Source: Phoronis australis
Lineage: Eukaryota; Animalia; Phoronida
Reading direction: 5' to 3'
Length of the DNA: 64,000 nt
Assembly (NCBI GenBank): GCA_002633005.1
Contig: NMRA01000273.1
Location: forward strand, 5,968 to 69,967
Part shown: piece by piece, positions 50,965 to 63,606 of the stretch
Layout: each line of letters begins with the position of its first letter
How positions within the stretch are numbered: the first letter of the stretch is position 1
The notes under the pieces: model-generated
Database searches by the model: none
What the model was told of the DNA's origin: nothing
What the model saw: the letters and a program-made list of their open reading frames with translations, nothing else
Translations under genes and position numbers: made by a program

Positions 50965-51295
50965 GTGGAGTCGTGATGGTAAGACGGACATGCGAATGTG
51001 CCCTTTGACTGCATCAGACTTCCAGCGTCTCATGCGTTGGATGGCCGGCTCGGGAACGCCGTTAGCTGCGGCCGAGGTCGCTTCACCGATGCGAAAGCAA
51101 TGTGATTTGAAGAGGTAAGGGTTGAGTGATGCTGAGACTAAGACAGAGCGGAGAGTCTGAGTGAAAAAGGACCGTGTGACTGGAGTGGAGTCTGAGAGAC
51201 GGAAAAGTGGGCCTGATTGATGGTGGGACAGGTTGAGGTATGAAGACAGGTGGGAAACGAGACAAATACTGAGAAGACGGGATGTGGAGAGTAAC
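50965..51295 (-). pseudogene. Tyrosine recombinase C-terminus of a DIRS/Ngaro retrotransposon
   Basis: A frame not in the ORF track reads CLVSHLSSYLNLSHHQSGPLFRLSDSTPVTRSFFTQTLRSVLVSASLNPYLFKSHCFRIGEATSAAANGVPEPAIQRMRRWKSDAVKGHIR, matching the HSFRIGAAT / GRWKSDA / YIR motifs. Confidence 0.85.
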
Positions 51296-52122
51296 TAAAC
51301 TGGGAGTGGTGAAATTATCCTTTGTTCAGATATAGAAATTTGGCAATGTGAATTACTTAGCAATCCATTGCTGTCAACACCGACAATAAATTTTATTTGA
51401 TGTGGATGGCATGGACCCAGTACTCCTTTTTGAGTTATTTCACCAAAATCGCCCACAGCCACCCTCTCAACAACAAAATGGCGCCAGCATGCTGTATTCA
51501 AGGTTTGCAGGTCGGAATATTTTTCTTTAAAAACTGGTTGCTACCACCCTACCCCTTAGTCTGTCAGTCTGTTTTAACGGCAATGTGTTATGTACTTTAC
51601 AGTTTGAGACACAGGCACGACATGGAAGACAAGTGAAATTTTATTTTATTTCTCAGCAAAAATAAAGCTTTTCGGAATTTTTACTTTGCTTTTAACAAGC
51701 GTTGTACAGTACAGCTCTCACCGTCTGCAAATAATACTTGATAAAATTTCAAGCATTTGCTGTGACGTAGGAAACCTTTGAACACTGAAAAATCACAATT
51801 TGTTGTCACAAAGGGAAGAATTTTTGTTGCAGGTAACTGCCCTGTTTGTTTGACTTTTTTGCTTGTCTGACAGTTTACTTTTGTTGGAAGATTGTACTAC
51901 ACTCCTTGCACCAACCAAGTCGATGTATATTACAGGTGATATTTAATACTGTCGTTAACAACGTGCTCTCATCAAAAACGCCCTAACTGTTTAAAATTAG
52001 TTCCAAGGGTATCGTAGTATTCAAATATATTATAAAATTCATTAGGTATTCTTTTTGGAAAATTGCTTGCTTCAGTGTCTTGCCTCATACTTAGCCAATA
52101 CTCAGCTCCCTAAAGTATTTAA

Positions 52123-53150
52123 AGGTTGCTTAGTTTCCGGCTAGCCCACACTTTGATTTCGATCTTAGATTCGGAGTGCGATCAAACATGATAATATGCC
52201 GTTAAAAGAGAAAGCAACCTTTTTTCATATCATTTTTAGTAGAAAAACGGTTAAATGATTGTCCCAGACATATTTTACACTTAATTACAACTTCTCGTAA
52301 TTTAATTAATTAGTCATGTCTACGGGAGTACGTTGAAGGGTTTAGAATTTCCCGCCATTTTGTTTTCATATAGTGTGACTGCTCGAGCTGTACAGTCGGC
52401 CATTGTTTTACCTCGGTTGTGATAAGTTCGGTCGTTCTTTGAGTTTGTTTACAAGTCAGTCAACATGTCACACGGTTGTTGCTTACCGGGTGTACTCATT
52501 ATCGTCTCACGCGCACATCAGGTATGCCATTACGTCGCTTTCCGACGAACGACACACTCCCTCGTTGTTGGCTCGTTGGCGTGTGAAGAACGCAGTATTA
52601 CCCATCCACGCAATGTGCAAAGCAGTGTGTGGCAAGCATTTTCTGCCGTCGGGTTACTCAGAGATATCTACGCGGAAGTGATGAAGGTTTCTGCAAAAAA
52701 AAACGTCCCAAGAAGGGTGCCATGTCGTTGCTGTTGATTCCCGGCAGTGCTCCGTCGCCACCCACGAGAAGTGCATTTTTGAAGCAAGAAACCTCACGAC
52801 TGAGCTGTCGGTGGCCTCCACAGCTAGTGACTACTTAGAGGTCCTTCAGCTATTGTCAAAGACCCGTGCCTTCGCCCGTACCCCGGACAGAACGTGCAAT
52901 TCCGGGAACTAGCAGTGCCATTTACCTTGTGCTGGTGTTGTCTCAAGCCCAGAGCCTGTAAGCAGACGTGCAGTGATGTTGAATAGTGGCCGTGAATACA
53001 GGCCCAGTGAGTTACCCATTGAGGAGGACAGTTCGTCGTCCAGTAAACAGGCCGTTGGCCCGAACTTTAATAAGTTTATTGTGGACTTGACTGGTATTGG
53101 AGCTATGTAAAAGGTGCCAGGTGTGTGGCGATGGAGTCACACGACGAGAG
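52123..53150 (+). mobile_element. Truncated THAP-transposon remnant (Kolobok-like left end)
   Basis: TTAA|AGGTTGC start. Frameshifted THAP from 52465: MSHGCCLPG/CTH...RRFPTND...WLVGV...AVCGKHFLPSGY. Downstream KFIVDL..ELCKRCQVCG. The right end was not found. Confidence 0.6.
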
Positions 53151-55730
53151 GTCACCATCCAGTGGGAATTCGTATTCTGCGTCACTATATACTAATCTAT
53201 TCGCCCTGTGCAGTAGAGTGCAGAACAGTAATTGTTCAAAATTTGTTTTTGATGAGCTTTATTATTCCATGCCTCCTTAAAAGGGTGCCATATCCGGTTT
53301 AATTTGACCTATTAACACTAAAAATGACTTTCCCATCCAGTTCTCTGGCACAAAATAATGCCCGGCAACTTTTAAGTTTGGAGGAAATTTTAAAAACTCC
53401 TTTAAAAGTCTACTAAACGGGCCGGCGTGCCCTACGCTTTTAACGAATTACACGGCAATTGTGGGGGAAAAGACCACACACCAAGGACCATAATGTCATC
53501 CAATCAGTGACGTCGGGAGTATGAGTTTCTAATTGATTCCTGTCTTTAATTTGGAAGATTGACGTAAATGGTGCATTAGCAGGTGACAAAACGAGGATTG
53601 GTTGAAATCATCAAAACACGGTTTAGTATTCTTTTAGGGAATAGTGCACTGTAATGTCTGGAAACACAGAAATCATTTCACATCTGAGAAAGGAACAAGT
53701 TGAGAACAATTTTAAGATATGTTATACGACAAAATTTCACTTCATGGGTGGAACGCGGGTTAATGTGCCTTGGACGGTTGGTTAGCCAGACAATTATTCC
53801 ATCGCCTACTCCTCTTATAAACGCGAGGAGAAATGTTGACCTGAGTTCTTTGCTAATAAAGCGTTTTCCAATTTCAAACAGCATTTTAGAGATCAGTACA
53901 TAAGCTTGGTATCTGAAAGTTTCATGTGAGTCCAATTAGTCGCTTCTGAGACATCATGTTCCTAAATTAGTCCTATTTGGACATTTTGAGGGTCAGGATT
54001 AAAATGTTGGGATTGGGCAGCGTTCCAAGCTAATTGTGGAAGTACGAAATCTCATAAAAAATTTCGTGAACGCGCTCACTACGTTAAATCAGTTGCGTTC
54101 TTCAAAAACAACTTACCTTATAAGCACATGCCCAGGTGTTACTGCAGCAGAGTGTTTTCAATGTTGGCAACGTCCCTCACTTTTCAAAGCCAGAAGATGC
54201 GTTTCCCAGTAAAGTTTCATTTCTGCCTAATTGTATAGTGAGATTTTTTAAAATTAAATTTCACGTTATGTTTCAATTGCATAAATACATCCTTTACTGC
54301 CATTGCGCTTGGAAACTGGTCGCCTGTAAACACTTCTGTAAGGGAAAACCCCGGGTTTGTGTTGTGACACTGATTCTGTGGAAGATGATCTCTATATTTT
54401 GTGTGTGATTGTTTTCTTTATAACTCACGGAGGTTTGTTCTATTTCACCGGGAGTCGTTTTTCAACTCTGAAAAATTGGCCCGATTCATTTCATTCCATG
54501 GAGGTCAAAATTTAATGTTAAAACACCTGCCCGCCAGCGTCATGGACTGAGCCCAAAATCAGTTGCGCTGCTGTGCGCGAACTTGGAATCCTGCTTAATC
54601 TCAAGATCACGTAGGCGTGAACGGGGAATTGAATGTTCATTTAGGCAAACACGTGAAATTTTTGTCTAGTGTAAAGAAATTTTGTAAGTATTTGCCCCTA
54701 ATGATCACCCATTTTCACCCTTAGTGGGTAACTTGTGTCAAAGAATCGGAGGAGTGTGTGAATGGTTAAATCAATTATTGTTTGGTGATTGCCAATAGTT
54801 GAAAAAGGATTGGTTAACATATACTTTATTTTATCAACAAATGCCATTTCATTTAGTGAAGTGCAATTTTTTATCAAACGTGAACATGATTATTTGAGCG
54901 AGCTTGTCAAGTTTCCTCGTGTATTCCAAGTTCAACCGTACGTGATCTCGAGGTTAAGCAAGATTCCACAGCAGCACCGTCGTTCTCGGCAAGCAACTTC
55001 CTCGGAAACCAGTGTAGAGTGACACTGCACGCAGACTGTCCCGGGGCTCCGCCTGCGGCTACCAGCGACGGTATAGTTCGCGGCGGTTAGCCTAAAAAAC
55101 GCACAACACCTTTTTTAAAAGCTTCAACAGGCAACAAACATTTGATACGAATCACTAAGTTACGAAAATGTGCGGTTTCAGAACGAACAGCCCACGATAG
55201 CAGGCCCGTAGGAACGCAAAAATTATTGGGGTGGGCACAAACCATTTCGACTTCGCCACCCCCGCCCCCCGTGCTCCGGATGCCACCATATTTGTACCGA
55301 ATCTCCCACGTCCGCCCTAGGGGGAGAATCCTGGGGATGCAGCCATCAAGAGTTGAGTAACCGTGAACCAAGATGGACAGTAAGAATAGGCGTAGGACCA
55401 GTAAACCAACCGGTAGCTAAGAGCTGCCTCAAGTAGCTATAGCTGTGAAAATTCCCGATGAACTAAAGCCAGTTGCTGGTCAGCTATGATTCACTTGAGA
55501 CTGAGGCAGCTCGTGCCGGCCGTCTGCACTGGCTCTAAGGTCAAAATTCGTTTTATTGTGATCCAGTATCGGAACTAAACTTTATTTCATTATGAGCATT
55601 CTTTGAAGGAGTTTTTTTGAAAATGTGAGCTACCGACGTCCCTGGTATAGTGCCTTATAGGGGATGTTTCGAAAATCTATCGTTGAAACAAAACCGGCAG
55701 TCCAGTTTCTGGTGGTTGGGGAAAATGATA

Positions 55731-57690
55731 CAGAGTGTTTCCCAAAAATGTATACATTTCAACGCCTGAAGCTCAGTTTCCATGGATCCCCGAGATTCTG
55801 CGCGGACCCACTGCATGGTTATATCTTATTTTTAACATGGGTGCGTCAGTCTCGACGTGCACGGGAATCAGGCAAGCAAACAATTCAGTTTTGAAGAACA
55901 AAAATCCATTGTTCAATACTACGAGAAAATAGAAACACCAAGGAAGTACAAAGACAACCTTTCTAAGCAATGAGTTTAATTTTATTTACTTAAGGACTTT
56001 TAAAACTTTTTTCGATCTACGGTTTGTGAGTCTGAATTTCATCAATGTCATTTAGAGTTATTTTATATAGGCAAAAATCTTCTAAAAGTACTTTACTTTC
56101 TGGGGATCGGATTACAGAGTTTTCCAACTTCAGACTGCAATTAAATTCACTGAAATATCACAATTTTTGAGAAGATTAGCTCCTAATTGTCAAAAATCAT
56201 CAAATGAATCTATAGATTTTCTTAAATACATAAACAAGTAAAATAGAAACCAACGAATTTGTTTATCAAAACGAAATGTTATAAGCAATTTCCGCAGGCA
56301 TGCTCGCAGTTTTTTGACGGGTAACCTGGGGAAAATGGGGATAGGGCATTCGTATTAAGGTGTATTTTTGCTCATTTCAGAGGTGCATATACCTGTAACG
56401 GTTCACGAGGTAAATTTTAACTCCAATGACAAAAAACGCTTAAATCGTTGTTTATGATTGCGATAGTTCTTTGAGTACTCCCTTTCGACATGTACGCGGT
56501 CATCAGAAATAGTAGCATAGATAGCAGTGTTTTCTACATCTGGAAATTCCTTACAAACAAATCATAGTAAGCATACACGCACCCATGGTGGATCGGGGAG
56601 CTCCGACGAGCACATCCCTCCATTTGACGAAGTGGGCAAAAAGGTCCGCCTCAGAGAAACAAAAAGTCTGAGAAAAACGAAACAAAAGTCCACTAAAAAG
56701 GCAAAAAGGAAGGAATTCGGCGGGAATGCTCAATTCATAGCTCTGATCTTGGTACCCCGTTTTTTCTTAGTCCCCATTTTTTTTAGTAAAAGGTCCATAT
56801 TCTCAAAATTTGAGCCCCCTATATTTTAGGCTGGGTGCGCGCATGGTAACCATCTTCAAAAGAGATACTATTCTTGTGATACTATGGGAAAAAGTAACGT
56901 TATTTTATAACTAACCGTCGAAAATAGTCCTTTTGTGTAATTCACAAATAGTGGACTTCACGTTTTTCAAAATTCCACCCTTTCGATGGCGGTCAATTCT
57001 ATTGTATTTTGTTCACACTTTTTGGTTGTTTGGGTCGAATGTCTTGATACTGCTGTGCTGCATGGGCACGAATATTTTGTATTTTTTTATGAATTTGGAA
57101 TCTCAGTTCCCTCGTGAACACCTGGCAGTGTTGGATTTACATGTAAAGAGGGTCAAAGCGACATTTCCCCCGAACTGCTTCACCGAGAGAGGGTCCCGTC
57201 TGAAATTGGACACCTTAAGATGAAAGGCTAAACATCATTAAACTTGGAAAACGCCAGTGACAGTTCATTCCACCGGTGTGTTGTCACGAAACGATGCAGG
57301 ATGTGACCTTCAACATGAAAGCCGGTTGCACGATTTCACAAAAAGCAGCAAAATGGAGGTAATCGATTCCAACATTAGACCCTCTCTTCGTGAGCGGCCC
57401 CTTTAAAATTTGTCAATAAAAACACAAAAAGGATGGCCACTTGAATATCGTCAATGCCCTCCTTCAAGGGCGGGGTCCCTAAATATGAAAATATCTATTT
57501 TTTTCGAAAATAAGGAAATGCACAGCAATTGATGTTATCTGTCAGGTTATCAAATGTTCTCAAGTGATATACAGTTTCGACAAAAAATAAGGCGAATGTT
57601 GTCGCCGTTATCACTTGTCAAAGAGGAAAAATATCATGGTTTTGCATTCGCAAAAACTGACTTATTGAATTTAAAAATCCAATAAATTAG
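55731..57690 (-). mobile_element. Tc1/mariner-like element copy interrupted by about 1.1 kb of inserted DNA
   Basis: ta|cagagtgtttcccaaaaatgtatacatttcaacgcctg matches the 30080 end. Homology resumes at about 56890. Confidence 0.6.
56572..56845. mobile_element. MITE family 2, TSD GTAAG/GTAAC
   Basis: gtaag|catacacgcaccca...tgggtgcgcgcatg|gtaac. Confidence 0.8.
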
Positions 57691-57697
57691 TACGCTC

Positions 57698-57837
57698 NNN
57701 NNNNNNNNNNNNNNNNNNNNNNNNNNNNNNNNNNNNNNNNNNNNNNNNNNNNNNNNNNNNNNNNNNNNNNNNNNNNNNNNNNNNNNNNNNNNNNNNNNNN
57801 NNNNNNNNNNNNNNNNNNNNNNNNNNNNNNNNNNNNN
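57698..57837. other. Assembly gap
   Basis: N run. Confidence 0.99.
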
Positions 57838-59777
57838 TGAGGCAAAAATGTTAAGAACCCAGCGTATCGCATTTGTCTGCGGATTTTTCCTTTGGCCTTC
57901 TAGATCCTACTAGTGCCTGGGACAAACAGATACATTGCATAAACAAACCCTGGATCATGTTTTGTGTCCCGTCGGAAGAAAATTTAAATTCGAAAACATC
58001 TTCTGAAAACGCACAAAAAAGTGTATTAGTAAAATCTACTGATTTTTAAGTGGTTTTAAAAAACAATCGGTAAACTCACCGATTTTTGTCTCATCACTTT
58101 GATACGTGTTTCTCCCGAGAGGTTAGTACCTAACGTGAAGACGAGCACTCCAAATTGGAACGCTAAGTCCCGCGTGGTTGCGCTGCACGCGAAACAAGAT
58201 GGCGGACGAACTTTGGAGCCTGACGAAAATAGGTAACCGGACTATACAACTTGTTGGTAGTCCCCATTGGTATTTCGCCAACCTATAGACGGCATATTTA
58301 TATACAGTCTATTAATGACTCTTTCCATCCTTATTGATGAAGTACAAGTTGTGAACATGGCGAGAGTTTCTATAACGACAAGAGATAATTGTAGTGTCTT
58401 AATATTCAAACCACATAAAATTCATATAGAACACGTAAACTCACAAGAGGCTATGCTTGAGTTGATTGTGAATAATTATGCAAATCCTTGATGGCACTGG
58501 GCCTATTGTTTTTTTGGTGAAATCGGACACACAATTGCAACATGGGAGCTTAGTATTTTCGATGGACTTTCAAATTCGTAAAAACAGCGGCGCTGCAACC
58601 AAGTCACATACAGGTCGTCTTGTCAGGCATTACCTATGGACGGAGATTAGTCCTGTGGGTTGTGGCTGGTCGAACAACTTTTAAAGTTATGTAGGATCCT
58701 GAAATAATGTCCAAATTTAGCTGACTTCGGAACATCATATCTCAGAAATGGCTGATTGGATTTCTGTAAAACCCTCAGGTGCTTTGCTTTATGCACTGGT
58801 CTCCAAAATGCTTGTAGGCATGGTATTGTTTTTTAGAATGATACGCTTTTACAAGAGTGGCTATCAAAAAGAGGACTTTTGTGATTTTTGGAAAAAACTC
58901 AAAAGTTTCAGAAAATGAAATGAAAATTGAGGAAACTGTTAGCATTTTTGAGATTTCATCTTGGTTAGTTATATTAATTGAAGCTTGATCATGTCATTTA
59001 TGCCATTGTACCTTTCTTTTTTTCTAACAAGACATAGTCACATGACCCAATCAATGGCAAATTCTGTTGACTTAATACGATTCAGAAAATACACTTTTTC
59101 TGAGCTGAATTCTATAGTTTTGTGGATTTTTGACTGAATGATTGTACAAACTTGTTGGTAAAGTTCTATATAGACTACTGTTCTTGTTGCAAGTCCAAAC
59201 ATTTGTTGAATGCCTTTGACGTCAAGTTTTTAACTTCATTTCTTTCAATTGAATACAATTCTACCGTTTTGCACAATAATTGTAACCATACTTGTGCAAG
59301 AAATCCGAGTACGTTGAATTTATCAGCACTGGCAAACATGTGATGATAGGCGAACTATCTCAGTGCATGAGTGTATTGTCATCTGCATAGTTCGCACTTG
59401 CCCTTGAGAGTGTAAAAGATGTTGATAAAAACATTGAACAGCAGTGGACACAGAATAGAATCTTGGGACACCTTTAGAAGCAGGGTGATGATTGCTTTGT
59501 ATGTTTTTAATTTTTTATTTTGATGGCTCAAATAAATACGAAATTAGGAACGAATATGTATTCCGTGCGCAACCATAGGCACCAAATTTAGACACTAGTA
59601 AGGAATGGGGACGATAAAGTGAAATGCTTTGGATAAGTCAATAAATAAGCATCCCTCATAGAGACTTCTCAACTAAAGCCTTTCCTTAGTGAAGATACAA
59701 AAGTGTTTGTGTTTACAATTTGGTCAAGGCGATACTAGATGTTGAGTGATGTTTCGTGTGTTCTGATAATCTAGCCT

Positions 59778-60590
59778 TTTTTTATGCACCCACATATTTA
59801 TATGTGGACGCATTATGCCGTCATCTCCGTCCGTCCGTCCGGGCGGCGTCCGTCCGTCCGGGCGGCGTCCGTCCGTCCGGGCGGCGTCCGCTGCTCTATC
59901 TCCAAAACCCTTTGACATACGTTCATGAAATTTGGCACATATGTTCCATTTATGAATGGGACGGCATGTGCGAACTTTCGGACGGATCCGACTACCGGTG
60001 TGCCCCTAGTGGCAATTTTAGTTTTTTACGCTTACCTTTGTATCTTCAAAAGTCCTGAACGGATTTTCATGAAATTTGGTATGTAGGCACCTATTAGTGA
60101 GATGACGCTATCCTACTGTTTTCAGATGGATTCGACGTAGTTTGCGCCACCTAGTGGCCATTTTTACTGTTTTCGAGTCTGTATTTTTGCGTCCACCCCT
60201 CTATCAACCAAACCGCTCAAAGGATGATTGTGAAAATTGGCGTGTATGTGCTTACTATAAGGAAGACAGCTGACAATGATTTTCAGACGATTTGGACTAC
60301 TGTGGCGCCTCCTAGTGGCAGTTTTGTTTTTTTGCGCCCATGGCTGTATCTCCCAAACCGTTTGCAGGATCTTTACTAAATTTAGCAAGTGTATTTATGT
60401 GATGTTGACAACGGACGATGACGACTTTAGGATGATTCTGACTACCGGTATGCCTCTAGTGGCAATTTTAGTATTTGCCTCTAGTGGCAATTTTAGTATT
60501 TTACATTGACCTCTGTATTTTCATAGGTCTTCAGGTGTATACTTTGTGTTACTTCGTGACTATGAAGGAAAAGTTCCGAGTAGAAATTTG
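59778..60590 (+). mobile_element. Helentron-associated (HINE/DINE-1-like) non-autonomous element
   Basis: Starts in a T-run (tttttatgcacccacata) with a short inverted repeat (tatgtggacgcat), then a (CCGT)n/ccgggcggcgt microsatellite, then about 150-bp degenerate tandem units containing atgaaatttgg and ctagtggc. The right end is approximate. Confidence 0.7.
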
Positions 60591-60973
60591 TTTCTGGCAT
60601 TCTAATGCTGTGCTAATCTCGTATGTTGGTAAATTTGTTTTTAATTCTATGTTTCTGTGGTGGTTTAAGCAACTGATGTATAGGATGTGCTCACATTTTG
60701 CCCCTAGCCTATTGAGGAGAGAATGACCATGCCTTTCCATTTTGCAAAGTACAACATACTACATATATGCCCTCTACTGGCCACTTTATGGTACCAATAA
60801 ACAACCCTAGAAGGATACCGTATACGGTGCAATTGTGGGCGCATTTCAACGCTCTGCGTTGCTCTTGTTCTAATGCCATGTAGTAAAAATGTGTAAATTG
60901 TTTAATGAACACCACGTCTAAGTCACTTAAAATTTAAGTGTAAATGTCAATAATTCTAACATTTTGTTCTTAG

Positions 60974-61116
60974 AAACCTAGATTTAATGAAGAAAAGTAC
61001 ATTGTTGCGACAGCCGACAAAGACGTTAAAGATCCGTACCAGGCTCATGCGTTCAATGTGGAGAGGAGTAACAGAGTACCTGTCAACAGACAGATACCTG
61101 ATGTGAGAGACCCACT
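60974..61116 (+). CDS. GALNT2: Polypeptide N-acetylgalactosaminyltransferase 2-like, stem exon
   Basis: ttgttcttag|...CT|gtaag, encoding KPRFNEEKYIVATADKDVKDPYQAHAFNVERSNRVPVNRQIPDVRDP, the GALNT stem motif. Confidence 0.85.
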
Positions 61117-62631
61117 GTAAGAGCTTTCTTCATGGTTAAAACTACCACATCCAGCTTGAAGCTGCTATATATACAGATGTAACTTTTGCTTGAGACCTCT
61201 CTCAGTTTTAAAACTGGTTTCAGCTGTCTTCTTCTTTACTTCTTTACGTACTAGTACATCTTGACTAGTTACTGACCTTGGTCTCAAGCAGCTGGTGCCC
61301 GTTTTTTCCAAGCCAAGATGTCCCTTTCAAGTGTGGAGTGTGGGACAATCTTAGACCAATTTCACAACATTCGTTATTTTAGTGGTTTGAATAAAAGGTC
61401 AAACCTTTTGACAGAAGGCAGGTGTTTAAGGACTTGAATGTGCAAAACTTTTGTTTTGATTGGGAAAGTCAGAAACTAAGATTTTGACATACAGCTGGGT
61501 GCCGAAAACGTCATTTTGAAAAAGCTGCAAATGGATGCGGCCCAAACGGGCAATTCAACACCGTATTTGTTCGGATTGTAATAGTTCTCAAAAATCCACC
61601 CTTATACTGCCACTATGAATATACTGTGTAGGCCTAGTGGCATAAGGGCAGAGATTTCAGAGTGGCATTTTGGCTACCTAAGTTTGTTTTAGTAGCATTA
61701 CAGGAGTTGAATAGAATTTAAGATGATTGTAGACCGTATCCTGTTTGGTAGTCACAGGTAAGCATTTTGGGAACTGAAGTTTGATATTCACGAAATGCTC
61801 GTCGGCGCTTCTGAGGAACTAAAGTTCCACCAATGCAATTACACATTTGTCACATTCAGGATTGTCAAAAGTGCTCACACCAAAACGACTAGGTTGGGTG
61901 TAGCTCAATGCACTGCAGCTCTTTTCTCATTCGTCTCTTCTCAGAAACTTTCAAAAACTAGGTCATTATTACAATGAAAAACGTGTTTTGTTGCCTTTGC
62001 TAAGAGACAGGTCGCGACTGGACTGTGAAGGTGGATGCAGATAATGCTGGTCGATTTTGCCTTATCAATCAGGGCTAGTGGAACAGTGATTAATCCTGAA
62101 AATGACGTAGCGTAAAAGTGTTTTTTTGCATTCTTAATTTAATAGTGACTTCAAAATCATTGGCTTTACCCTTCAGGATGTTACCTGTTATGTTGTTAGC
62201 TTTCAGTCATGTTTAAAAGTCCCTTTTCCCTGTTGAGCTGGCTAAAATGAAAGTTGAATTTAGCTTTTTGCTCCAGTAGAATGGGTGTCAAAAATAGGAT
62301 TTCATTTACGTTACCAAAAAGAACATCAAAATCATCAGCAACTGAAGAAAACAAGTGTATTGGGGTTAGCGAACCCTAAATCTACTAATTCAAACATGGC
62401 ACACGTATTTGTTGCCTGTAACTTGGTAACGGAAATAGAGTCCTCTCACAGAGTAATATTTTGAGACCGCTTTTATGAGAGTAAAATTCTTATGGACTTT
62501 GGTTTTTAACCAGCTAAACACAGTGAAATGGTGCTTTAATCGCAAATGAGGAAAAGTGTCCCAGCAAGGGATCCAGAACTCATGATTTAGGATCATTGTA
62601 ACGTAACTGTGTTTCTTCCTGGTCTTTGCAG

Positions 62632-62733
62632 GTGTATCAGTAACAAGTATGGAAACACTGTTCTCCCCAGTACCTCAGTTATCATTACATTCTACAATGA
62701 AGCCAGATCTGCACTTCTGCGCACAGTCAAGAG
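62632..62733 (+). CDS. GALNT2: GALNT2-like exon, start of GT-A catalytic domain
   Basis: ctttgcag|...AG|gtggag, encoding CISNKYGNTVLPSTSVIITFYNEARSALLRTVK. The phase matches both neighbours. Confidence 0.92.
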
Positions 62734-63538
62734 GTGGAGTGACAATCGGTTTCTTAGTGAACTTCTCATGTTTCTATTCACATGATAGCACATGCTGAAT
62801 ATAATTGAATAAAGTTCCTGTTCAATTATGACAGGTGATGGCCATTCATAACTCCTCATTTTAGGTACTGTGACCATAAATTTAGTTTCCACTCAGATTT
62901 GGCAGGGAATTTTACTTGCAGTAGGTCTTCATGATGGGAATTTTTGCGTCGTTTTCTCCAATTATTTTTTGCTATGCACTACTTTATGCCACATTATTTT
63001 GACTTTTTCCAATTCAGTTTATTAGATTTTAACTTTATAAAGCCTCTGGTAGTGCCTGAGATATTTGTGTTAGTATATAGTTTGGCACCAAGGCTAACAG
63101 AGCAGATAAAAGGGATGTCATTATTTTAAAAATTTCCACCAAAGCAAGCAATGTACTTAATCTTGAAACAGTTTCTACTAACACGCAAAACAGGTCAGCA
63201 ATTTTCTCATTAAGAACACACCTTCCACCTAACACTGATTCAAGTTTGTCAAATCGAGTTTTGAATCACCGGTAGTTATTATTAGCGTTGGAAAACACTC
63301 CATAGGACAAATGGCATTCGTCCTGAGGGACATTAAATTGTCACACGGGACATTCCAATATCCAGTGTTGATGAAAAGTTTTGAATAAAACTGCTGTATG
63401 CAATTGGTACACTGTGCTCTTTAAGGTCACTGTAGGAAGCTTTTAGCGTCTTTTTTTAACCTGGTGTGATCACGATGTAATGTATCCTTGGAAGTTTAGA
63501 GATAAAACAGCCATGTTCTATTGTTGCTTTGTTTTTAG

Positions 63539-63606
63539 TGTCCTGAACAACAGTCCACCACACCTTATTGAGGAAATCATTCTTGTTGATGACTTCAGTG
63601 ATAATG
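63539..63606 (+). CDS. GALNT2: GALNT2-like exon; gene continues beyond window
   Basis: gtttttag|...G|gtaggt, encoding SVLNNSPPHLIEEIILVDDFSDN. Confidence 0.92.

Noticed and set aside
51478-51510. AAAATGGCG start (MAPACCIQGLQ) as a host first exon
   Set aside because: No supporting downstream exon. It could be a transposon or THAP-like scrap.
58195-58236. CAAGATGGCGG (YY1-like) plus donor as GALNT exon 1
   Set aside because: It encodes no transmembrane segment and the surrounding DNA looks transposon-derived, so it cannot be supported.
59724-60058. Arg/Pro-rich ORFs
   Set aside because: Translations of the (CCGT)n microsatellite in the Helentron-type element.
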